A DNA stretch of 53,708 nt from contig QEVC01000004.1 of assembly GCA_003576945.1 (NCBI GenBank), positions 1 through 53,708 of the forward strand, in the 5' to 3' direction. Below, piece after piece: positions 31,989-39,054 of this stretch. Made by a program: the position numbers and the translations under genes. Within the stretch, counting starts at the first letter, position 1. Every line of letters starts with the position of its first letter. The stretch comes from Candidatus Microgenomates bacterium. GTDB taxonomy: Bacteria; Patescibacteriota; Microgenomatia; UBA1400; UBA12108. The notes beneath the pieces are model-generated. The model ran no database searches. It was given only the letters and a program-made list of their open reading frames with translations, and was not told the origin of the DNA.

Positions 31989-32938
31989 GATTTATTCCTT
32001 TCGTACTCTAGTATATCTGAAATAGTCCTCTCAAGCGAGATTAAGGGGAAGTAACCTGTTAATTCTTTAAATTTAGTGATATCAGCAACCAGCACAGGAA
32101 CGTCAGAAGAGCGAGAAAGCTCAGGTTTCTCGACAATCTTGAAGGGTTTTTTTGAGAAGGTGGAAAAAATTTCGGCAACTGCTCTTATGCTCGTACCAAC
32201 GCCAGATCCGATATTGTATATTTCACCACTCTGACCCATGGCCGCGGCTAGAACGTAGGCTTTGACCATGTCACGAACGTCGGTAAAGTCCCTAATCGCC
32301 TCACCGCTACCTAGTTCAAGTACAGGGAGTTTGGATTCTTTTTCGATGGCAACTACAGACTGTGCAAGTTTGGGTAGAACAAAATCGGCGGTCTGTCCTG
32401 GTCCACTGTGATTAAAGGGGCGAACAATCACTACATCTAGACCGTAAGAAAGGCCAGCCTGCAAAGCGATCATTTCTTGGGTAATTTTACTAACGGCATA
32501 AGGATTAAGTGGTCTAAGGGGAGCTGATTCATCGATTGGGATGTTGCTTGCTAGTACTGAACCGTAGACATTGGCAGAACAAACTGCGAGAGTACGTGCG
32601 CGAGGACAGTGGTTGCGAATCGCCTCAAAAAGGTTATAGGAAATGGCAGTATTCCCCTGTAGCGTAGCTAGAGCATTTACCGTGCTATTGTGGACCACGG
32701 ATAAGGCTGCAAGGTGGTAGATTACATCAGGATTGGCAGTTTTGACATGGTTATTAGCAATATCCTGCTTTGTTAGATCGCCAGTTAGAATGTGATCTTT
32801 GGGTAGGAGGGGTTTAATATCACTAGTTGATTTGTAGACTGAACCATAAATCTCATTATTCTCGTCTTTCTTTAATTCTTTGATTAAGTAGCTACCAACA
32901 AATCCACCAGCACCGGTAATTAAAATTCGTTTTGTCAT
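31985..32938 (-). CDS. GDP-4-keto-6-deoxy-mannose reductase-like SDR (Rmd-like)
   Basis: [23 protein letters not shown] and RDFTDVRD motifs; adjacent to gmd. Confidence 0.75.
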   Translation of the reverse strand: MTKRILITGAGGFVGSYLIKELKKDENNEIYGSVYKSTSDIKPLLPKDHILTGDLTKQDIANNHVKTANPDVIYHLAALSVVHNSTVNALATLQGNTAISYNLFEAIRNHCPRARTLAVCSANVYGSVLASNIPIDESAPLRPLNPYAVSKITQEMIALQAGLSYGLDVVIVRPFNHSGPGQTADFVLPKLAQSVVAIEKESKLPVLELGSGEAIRDFTDVRDMVKAYVLAAAMGQSGEIYNIGSGVGTSIRAVAEIFSTFSKKPFKIVEKPELSRSSDVPVLVADITKFKELTGYFPLISLERTISDILEYERNKS

Positions 32939-32943
32939 AGGCA

Positions 32944-34233
32944 CTACCTACCTACACCAATGTATTTAAAACCTGCATTTATAACTGTCTTTGGCTCATA
33001 TTGATTGCGAGTGTCAATAAACACTGGATTTGCTTTCATGAGTTTTGCGAGTCTTGAAAGGTCGAGATTGGTATAGTCGTCCCATTCAACTAGCAAGATA
33101 ATAATATCTGAGTTGGTAGCGGCCGCATAAGCATCTTTAGCATAGACAACTTCTTTGGGTAAAAGTGCTTTTGCCTCATCCACCGCCTGAGGATCAGTGG
33201 CACGAACTGTTGCCCCCTGACTTATTAGCCATGGGATTACAGCCAGGGATGGAGCGACGCGAGTGTCATTGGTATTCTTTTTGAAAGATAGTCCTAACAC
33301 AGCCACTGTTTTATTACTAAATGTTCCGGTCTCTTTTTTAAATTGTTCTAGTTTGCGGCTCACGCGTGCTTCATTGAGTGCATTAATCTTAATAAAGAGA
33401 CTATCTGGTTCGCCGACTTTTTTGGCATACGCCGCGATTTCTTTGACATCTTTAGGAAAACATGAACCACCATAACCGAGACCTGGATACCAATACCCTG
33501 GTCCAATACGACGATCCGCGCCAATTCCCTTAATCACCTCTTCGATGTCGGCACCATTATATTCACAGAGATCGGCGATCTGGTTAATGAAGGTAATACG
33601 GGTTGCTAAATAGTTGTTGGCAGCGTATTTGGTCATCTGAGCACTCTCGGGATTCATGACCAGGATGTTACTAGTTAGTGGCTCGTGCAACTTGGTTAAG
33701 ACTTCTTTAGAAAATTCGTCCTCTACTCCGATTACGACGCGGTCAGGATGGAGGGTATCCTCGACTGCTGTCCCCTCTTTAAGAAATTCGGGAACAGAGG
33801 CCAGATGGAAGACTTTTGTTGTTTTACTGCCAATCAAATCACGAATGTGCTTGTTGGTTCCAGGTGGGACGGTACTCTTAATTACGACAACCGCATTTTC
33901 TTTTAAGTGAGGGGCAATGCTCTCGGCAACACTCTCGACAAAGCGAAGATCAGCAGAGCCATCGGGAGCGCTAGGGGTGCCCACCATGATCATGACAACG
34001 TCAGAGTCGGGCACTGCGAGGTGGTAGTCGGTTGTAAAAGTAAGATTGCCACTCTTTTGAGTATTGATGAGGAGCTCAGATAGACCAGGTTCAAAAAAGG
34101 GTACGACTCCCTCTTTTAATTTGGCGATTTTGTCTTCGTCTATATCTAGGCCGATAACCTTGTTCCCTAGTTTGGCTAAGACTGCGGTCGTTACTACACC
34201 GACAAAACCAGTTCCAATACAGGTAATTTTCAT
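32944..34233 (-). CDS. ugd: UDP-glucose 6-dehydrogenase
   Basis: GTGFVG, VGTP, KSTVPPGT, PEFLKEG and GGSCFPKD motifs. Start moved to ATG 34233. Confidence 0.9.
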   Translation of the reverse strand: MKITCIGTGFVGVVTTAVLAKLGNKVIGLDIDEDKIAKLKEGVVPFFEPGLSELLINTQKSGNLTFTTDYHLAVPDSDVVMIMVGTPSAPDGSADLRFVESVAESIAPHLKENAVVVIKSTVPPGTNKHIRDLIGSKTTKVFHLASVPEFLKEGTAVEDTLHPDRVVIGVEDEFSKEVLTKLHEPLTSNILVMNPESAQMTKYAANNYLATRITFINQIADLCEYNGADIEEVIKGIGADRRIGPGYWYPGLGYGGSCFPKDVKEIAAYAKKVGEPDSLFIKINALNEARVSRKLEQFKKETGTFSNKTVAVLGLSFKKNTNDTRVAPSLAVIPWLISQGATVRATDPQAVDEAKALLPKEVVYAKDAYAAATNSDIIILLVEWDDYTNLDLSRLAKLMKANPVFIDTRNQYEPKTVINAGFKYIGVGR

Positions 34234-34341
34234 ACTCCGATTATGATAGCACCCGAGGCTGTTATTGGCTACGCTTGCCGAAAGCAAATTTCTGTTGATC
34301 CCTATATCGCCTAACGTATGGTGTGTATGCGAGGTTTTGCT

Positions 34342-34560
34342 TTAAATTTTGAGAAATTCCTCGACTGTCATCTCACATTGTCTGAGAATTGCGCGTAAGG
34401 CACCTTTCGGGATATCTCGGCTATGCAAAGCTACCGTAGACGCACGACCATCCGGATGAATAAGTCTAGCGTGACTACCAGTTTGCCGTGAAATCTTAAA
34501 TCCAGCTTTTTCTAACTTCTTGACTACTGCCAGTGGTTTGAGAACTGGGAGTTTGGGCAT
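34342..34560 (-). CDS. hicA: HicA-family toxin (mRNA interferase)
   Basis: LEKAGF..RQTGSH...H..DIPKGALRAILRQ; 72 aa. Confidence 0.9.
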   Translation of the reverse strand: MPKLPVLKPLAVVKKLEKAGFKISRQTGSHARLIHPDGRASTVALHSRDIPKGALRAILRQCEMTVEEFLKI

Positions 34561-34561
34561 A

Positions 34562-34849
34562 CTAAACGGCAAATCTGGTATAGGGAGTAACCTGGAAAGG
34601 TACCTGGGTATTAGTCACCAATTCTTCGTTAGGCTTATCAACGGGAATTTCTTTATGTTCTTTTTGCAAACACTCGACATGAAAGGCGATAGTGCTCTGG
34701 ATATTATCGAGTGCTTCTTGAGGGGTAGGCCCATCGTCGACCACACCTAGAGTGGGACAATATGCAACATAGCACGCTTTTTTGCTACCCAGGCTTTTAT
34801 CAAGGCGTAATATTACACGATAGTCGAGAACGGTCTTTTGTTGTTTCAT
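34562..34849 (-). CDS. hicB: HicB-family antitoxin (short form)
   Basis: YVAYCPTLGVVDDGPTPQEALDNIQSTI...EIP. Start moved to ATG 34849, behind extended -10 TGCTATACT. Confidence 0.85.
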   Translation of the reverse strand: MKQQKTVLDYRVILRLDKSLGSKKACYVAYCPTLGVVDDGPTPQEALDNIQSTIAFHVECLQKEHKEIPVDKPNEELVTNTQVPFQVTPYTRFAV

Positions 34850-35029
34850 AGTACTTGGAGTATAGCAAAAATCGGGAAAATATAAAGGCAAATTGTGGGC
34901 GAACGACTGCAAGGAGTGGAGCCGCATACACGCTAGTTAGGTGACCCGAGCGGAATGTGGCAAAATGCTCCCCTGCCACACGAAGTGAGAGTGCAACGGG
35001 GTGCGAGTGAAACGAGCAAGTTACAAACT

Positions 35030-35488
35030 TTACGATCTATTTATTAGCTCGGACAATGGCGGAACGCCATAGTCCTTTCGTTCTTGGTCTGATGTTTTGG
35101 GATCGTAGTCGCAGATTATTCCTGTGGCATTATTAAATTGGGTTCCGAATTTCTGTTTTTTACCTTGAGATACGAGCCACCTATCCAGACTGGCGGCATA
35201 CAACCACTTCGTTACGTTGGAACCCAATTTAATTGCCTTTTGAGCGTACTCATGCGCCAGTTTGTATGTGGCGGGAACATCAGACCATGAATGCATGAGC
35301 AATAAACAGGCATAATGACAATTCCATATTTCATTTTCATCTAGTGTTGGAAGAATTGTATTTAACACCTCTTGCCGATGAATATCGTTTTGTTTGAGTT
35401 GATCCTCGGATAATTTGCCTTCGTCAAATAGCTGACGATCACTTTTATCACTTAAATACAATTCTTCCAACTGTAAATGGATTGTCAT
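35030..35488 (-). CDS. Hypothetical helical protein (DUF6624-like C-terminal motif), cassette gene
   Basis: 152-aa ORF with LYAASLDRWLVSQGKKQKFGTQF...ERKDYGVPPL; family recalled, not verified. Confidence 0.6.
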   Translation of the reverse strand: MTIHLQLEELYLSDKSDRQLFDEGKLSEDQLKQNDIHRQEVLNTILPTLDENEIWNCHYACLLLMHSWSDVPATYKLAHEYAQKAIKLGSNVTKWLYAASLDRWLVSQGKKQKFGTQFNNATGIICDYDPKTSDQERKDYGVPPLSELINRS

Positions 35489-35510
35489 TATGAGTAAATT
35501 TTGTAATTAC

Positions 35511-35627
35511 GTCTAACGTATGGTGTGTATCTGATGTTTGGCGGACTTATAATGGATTATACTCACAAATCCGCCTGATATGGGAGAACGAGTGCAACGA
35601 AGTGAACCAGATACACGCTAGTTCTAC
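35511..35627 (-). repeat. attC-like site (117 bp, no gene in loop)
   Basis: GTCTAAC-gta-TGGTGTGTATCTG ... CAGATACACGCTA-GTTCTAC; inner GGCGGA/TCCGCC stem. Confidence 0.75.
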
Positions 35628-35722
35628 GACCCGAATGGAGCGAAGTATAATCTGAAAGCTCTTAATACTCCGCGGAATGAGAGTGCAACGCGATCGAGGA
35701 GCGTAGCGACGAAGACGTAATG

Positions 35723-35935
35723 CTACTCTGAGGAAGAACCTTCTTCATGCTCTAGCCAAGGGCCATCTACAATTATCTTGCGAAGGATCCTCATTTTATC
35801 TACGGAGAGTCTTTCTAACTGTTTCAGTTGAGATTTAAACTCCTCGTTAGTCGCTTCACCTTGGTATCTAACATAATCCTGAGCAAGTCTTCCCTCCTTG
35901 GCTAGAGACTCAGCTATGTCCATTAAGTTTGCCAT
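35723..35935 (-). CDS. Small hypothetical helical protein, cassette gene
   Basis: 70-aa ORF with upstream AAAGGAG; fills the space between two sites. Confidence 0.7.
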   Translation of the reverse strand: MANLMDIAESLAKEGRLAQDYVRYQGEATNEEFKSQLKQLERLSVDKMRILRKIIVDGPWLEHEEGSSSE

Positions 35936-35967
35936 ATTTCTTACTCCTTTCTGAGTAGCATTATGTC

Positions 35968-36409
35968 GCCTAACGTACAGCGTGTATGCGAGGTTATTAA
36001 GTTTTTGATACCTCCTCTAATATTTGCCTAAGTTTTCTAGATTCTTTCATGGCCTCCTCCACTTTTTCTTGAGTTATGGATTTGCTAAGCAGGATTGGAA
36101 TAATGCGAGACTGGTGAGCGATGAAACTATCGAGAGGCATAAGGGCACCGCCATGTTTTGACCAAGCCTCCTTTGCACCCTCCCAATTTTTGATTGAGGC
36201 ATCGATCACCAAAGTCTCTCGCAACTTCTTAAATTCATAATGCTTAGAAATCCATACCGTGATAATTGAGGCCATGAAACCTATGAGCGAACCTCCCAAT
36301 CCTGCGATTAATGTAGTAAGCTCTGGTGTCATGATGATAATTGTATCAAAAACTAAATAATCTGGGCGAACGACTGCAAGGAGTGGAGCCGCATACACGC
36401 TAGTTAGAT
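35968..36409 (-). repeat. Expanded attC-like site (442 bp) enclosing a 111-aa ORF
   Basis: GCCTAAC-gta-CAGCGTGTATGCG (35968-35990) pairs with CGCATACACGCTA-GTTAGAT (36390-36409). Confidence 0.7.
35997..36332 (-). CDS. Hypothetical protein with N-terminal TM helix
   Basis: MTPELTTLIAGLGGSLIGFMASIITVWI. Start moved to ATG 36332, 7 nt after extended -10 TGATACAAT. Confidence 0.7.
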   Translation of the reverse strand: MTPELTTLIAGLGGSLIGFMASIITVWISKHYEFKKLRETLVIDASIKNWEGAKEAWSKHGGALMPLDSFIAHQSRIIPILLSKSITQEKVEEAMKESRKLRQILEEVSKT

Positions 36410-36507
36410 GACCTGAGCGCGAGGTGATATGATCCCCCGATCACCTCGAGCGAGAGTGCAACGCGGTGCGGAGTGAAACGGAGCAAGTTAGCAACTCTCA
36501 CTAAAAA

Positions 36508-36852
36508 TTAGTTAATCTTTTCGAAGCCGTTGAAGTGAGGCTTATCGTCGTTGAATACTTCTATAACTTTATATCTTCCTTTTGTCCAGACCTCGCCAGC
36601 TTCTAGATAGTGAGTAGCGTCGAGGATGATAATACTAGCTTTGGGACGGGATAAAACTTGATTGCCTTGTGTCTCTAGGAGCGGAAGTTCGCCGTGCAAC
36701 CAATACAACCTCTGATCTTTTTTGAGAAAGGAATAGGTTTGGCCAACCTCTAACTTTTCGGGGATACATTCCTCTATTTTTCGGTTGCCGGCATGAAATT
36801 CCGCGACATTGCGTAAAGCGAGGTCTGGATTGTATTCAACGACGATACCCAT
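36508..36852 (-). CDS. Hypothetical protein, cassette gene
   Basis: 114-aa ORF; TATAAT just upstream; enclosed by a perfect 14-bp inverted repeat. Confidence 0.75.
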   Translation of the reverse strand: MGIVVEYNPDLALRNVAEFHAGNRKIEECIPEKLEVGQTYSFLKKDQRLYWLHGELPLLETQGNQVLSRPKASIIILDATHYLEAGEVWTKGRYKVIEVFNDDKPHFNGFEKIN

Positions 36853-36898
36853 ATATGTTGATTATAACCCTTCCTTGATTGTGAGAGTTGCTAATTTC

Positions 36899-37018
36899 AT
36901 CTAACGGGCACTGTATATCTGACGTTGGACGGGTTGATAATTGAGTTTATTGTACCCTAACCCGTCCAATGTGGGTCGAAGGAGTGCAACGACTGAGCCA
37001 GATATACAGTAGTTGTAC
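36899..37018 (-). repeat. attC-like site (120 bp, no gene in loop)
   Basis: ATCTAAC-ggg-CACTGTATATCTG ... CAGATATACAGTA-GTTGTAC; inner 14-bp stem at 36922-36935/36959-36972. Confidence 0.75.
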
Positions 37019-37248
37019 GACCCGAAGCCCACACGCTAAAATCACTCAACTTAAAGCGGGTGGGCTGAGAGTGCAACGAGGTCGAACGACTGCAAGGAGT
37101 GAGATGTCTATTTGTTCCTTAATTCAGTTCGCGCGCGCTTTTACATGTACCCTGTATTCATTTTCAGCTCAGTGTAGAGGGGTTAGGGGTGAATACACTG
37201 AGCTGAATGCTCCCCTAGTCTCCAACTCTGGTGGATATGTCCTATAAC

Positions 37249-37277
37249 TTGACAAAAAGCTATATATCTGGTATGCT
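37249..37277 (+). promoter_or_regulatory. Sigma70 promoter TTGACA-17-TATGCT with extended TG
   Basis: Consensus -35 and 17-bp spacer; both boxes are conserved in copy 2 while the spacer varies. Confidence 0.8.
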
Positions 37278-37284
37278 ACCAAAT

Positions 37285-37475
37285 GTTGTAGTAGTCTGCC
37301 ATGCTGCAAATAGATTGCTATTTCCCAGCGTGAATGAACCAACTATAACTGCACCTTAAAATGCGGAAGTTATCTCCTTTGCCAAGTGGGTAATTTTGTG
37401 GATATTGTCGTGTCTACAAAAATACCCATTTGGGTAGAAAAACGTTTTTCTATTCTGTTCTACAAAAGGAGATAT
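37285..37475 (+). ncRNA. Putative structured leader RNA, copy 1
   Basis: Nested stems GTTGTAGT/ACTATAAC, CATGCTG/CAGCGTG and AAATAG/CTATTT; long hairpin 37382-37433; anti-SD TATCTCCTTT. Confidence 0.55.
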
Positions 37476-37478
37476 ACC

Positions 37479-38063
37479 ATGTTCAAGAAAGCCCCCCGTA
37501 AGGAAGATGGATTGGATCTGTTTGCTCGCGCACTCGGAGCCAAATCCGGATCGGACGCCATTCTCAGACAAGAAGCTGACGGTCAACGCTCGTTCGTAGG
37601 TAGCGACACGCTCCCAACCGAAATGAGTGCTGATGATCGCACTGCTCTCGAAGCCGCAGGCGTTGTGTTCGGCGAAGTTGTGCCAGGCGATGACTTGTTC
37701 CAGTATGTTCAGCTCCCCGCTGGATGGACCAAGCGTAGCACGAGCCACTCGATGCACAATGACCTTCTCGATGAGAAAGGTCGCAAGCGTGCAGGCATTT
37801 TCTACAAAGCCGCGTTCTACGACCGCAACGCTCACCTCTACTGTGTGCGCCGCTTCGGCATCAACCTGGACTATGACCAGCTCGAGAATGGGATTGTGCT
37901 TGTGCAGGTGACTGACTGCGATGAAGTGGTTTACTCCACTAATCCTGTTCCGTTCGAAAAGAGCGAAGAGCGCCTTGCACGTGAACAGGCATTCGAAGTC
38001 GCCAAGTCCTGGCTGAACAGCAACTATCCCGAATGGGAAAACGCCGCCGCCTACTGGGACTAA
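37479..38063 (+). CDS. Hypothetical, probably phage-type protein (cargo 1, 194 aa)
   Basis: Strong SD AAAAGGAG. LPAGW...HSMH..LLDEKGRKRAGIFYKAAFYDR is recalled from phage hypothetical proteins (unverified). GC is higher than in the flanks. Confidence 0.75.
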   Translation: MFKKAPRKEDGLDLFARALGAKSGSDAILRQEADGQRSFVGSDTLPTEMSADDRTALEAAGVVFGEVVPGDDLFQYVQLPAGWTKRSTSHSMHNDLLDEKGRKRAGIFYKAAFYDRNAHLYCVRRFGINLDYDQLENGIVLVQVTDCDEVVYSTNPVPFEKSEERLAREQAFEVAKSWLNSNYPEWENAAAYWD

Positions 38064-38095
38064 TTCCTCACCTTCCGCAAGGTGCAAAACGCTCG

Positions 38096-38148
38096 ACCCC
38101 TCCGGTCACGTCCACGTAAGTGGAAAGATTGGAGGGGTGTTTTGTATC
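38096..38148 (+). terminator. Terminator-like hairpin, copy 1
   Basis: ACCCCTCC...GGAGGGGT followed by GTTTTGTAT. Confidence 0.55.
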
Positions 38149-38352
38149 TATTAACTTTCGCTATACAAAGTGGCAATTTTAGCGCTTTAATTAACAAAAG
38201 TCGCCGTAGGCGACACCTCATCCCCCTCTAAAAATAATATACCTTTACATGTACTCTGTATTCCATTTCAGCTCAGTGTAGAGGGGTTAGGGGTGAATAC
38301 ACTGAGCTGAATGCTACCCATACCATCACCTCTGGTGGATATGTCCTATAAC

Positions 38353-38381
38353 TTGACAAATGACTACATATCTGGTATGCT
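38353..38381 (+). promoter_or_regulatory. Sigma70 promoter TTGACA-17-TATGCT
   Basis: Same as 37249-37277, offset by 1104 bp. Confidence 0.8.
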
Positions 38382-38388
38382 ACGAGAT

Positions 38389-38570
38389 GTTGTAGTAGTC
38401 TGCCATGCTGCAAATAGTTTGCTATTTCCCAGCGTGAAAGAACCCACTATAACTGCACATTAAAATGCGGAAGTTATCTCCTTCTATTGTGGGTAGCACT
38501 TTTGGTATCAAAAGTGGTACTAAGTGTGCTACTCACAAGTAGTGAAACCCCAACCCACCCAAAAGGAGTA
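38389..38570 (+). ncRNA. Putative structured leader RNA, copy 2
   Basis: Same stems as copy 1; a hairpin of different sequence at the equivalent place (38487-38538); CTCCTT anti-SD. Confidence 0.55.
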
Positions 38571-38577
38571 CTGAAAA

Positions 38578-38886
38578 ATGAACGATAAAGTTATTACCCT
38601 CCCGAGCGCTGATGAAATGATTGCTCGCCTGATGAAAGTTCAGGATGATGAACTCGCCCAGTCACTGTACAGGAACGTTGCGCAGCGTGCTGGCGAGGAG
38701 AAGGTTGCGGCTGGCATCATTATGATGTTCAGTCTTGGCATCTACGATGTCTGCCAGGGATACCCTCCCATGATGCAGAACCTTCTCTCCTACAACATCC
38801 CCGCGTGGGTCGACGCCCTTGTTGATGACAAGGAAGTTGCCGATGCGGCTAAGGCTTTCTGGAAGGAAGCTACGAGCAAGAAATAA
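38578..38886 (+). CDS. Hypothetical protein (cargo 2, 102 aa)
   Basis: SD AAAAGGAG at 38561-38568; no similarity to cargo 1. Confidence 0.75.
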   Translation: MNDKVITLPSADEMIARLMKVQDDELAQSLYRNVAQRAGEEKVAAGIIMMFSLGIYDVCQGYPPMMQNLLSYNIPAWVDALVDDKEVADAAKAFWKEATSKK

Positions 38887-38984
38887 GTCTTCGCGAGGTC
38901 AAATATTGAAACCACTAGCTGGGCGACGTAAGTCGACGGGTTACTCCGTTATCAGTTATACTTCCGCAAAAGAAGTGCAGACAT

Positions 38985-39054
38985 CCCCTCCGAATAGTCG
39001 GAAATTGTTGCGTAAGTTGCAACGTTTTTGATTATAGGAGGGGTGTTTTGTATC
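38985..39054 (+). terminator. Terminator-like hairpin, copy 2
   Basis: CCCCTCC...GGAGGGG followed by TGTTTTGTATC. Confidence 0.55.

Larger units (their letters stand above)
34309..34942 (-). repeat. Expanded attC-like site (634 bp) enclosing hicBA
   Basis: GCCTAAC-gta-TGGTGTGTATGCG (34309-34331) pairs with CGCATACACGCTA-GTTAGGT (34923-34942). Confidence 0.7.
37140..38253 (+). mobile_element. Cargo element copy 1 (1104-bp period), bounded by TTTACATGTA
   Basis: Shares a ~240-bp left block and an identical 57-bp right block with 38244-39124; cargo differs. Confidence 0.7.

Noticed and set aside
34850-34927. N-terminal extension of HicB in the ORF track (likewise 36333-36398 and 37386-37478)
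   Set aside because: The extensions run through repeat or leader sequence; downstream ATGs have proper -10 or SD signals.
34919-34935. GAGCCGCATAC resembling the start of group II intron domain V
   Set aside because: No local domain V/VI hairpin and no RT gene; the sequence is the attC-like arm.
34896-37101. Repeated 19-45 nt sequences as a CRISPR array
   Set aside because: Spacing is irregular and gene-sized, the repeats are parts of attC-like palindromes, and no cas genes are present.
36969-37247. 92-aa + strand ORF
   Set aside because: Lies wholly over the attC-like and hairpin repeats, with no RBS or protein-like features.
37466-37481. AAGGAGATATACCATG, identical to the T7 gene 10/pET ribosome-binding site (possible vector contamination)
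   Set aside because: Flanks do not match vector sequence (no TTTGTTTAACTTTAAG, T7 promoter or lacO), and the site pairs with a native anti-SD. Treated as coincidence.
37356-38087. 243-aa - strand ORF
   Set aside because: Antisense shadow of the + strand gene, which has the promoter, SD and protein-like sequence.
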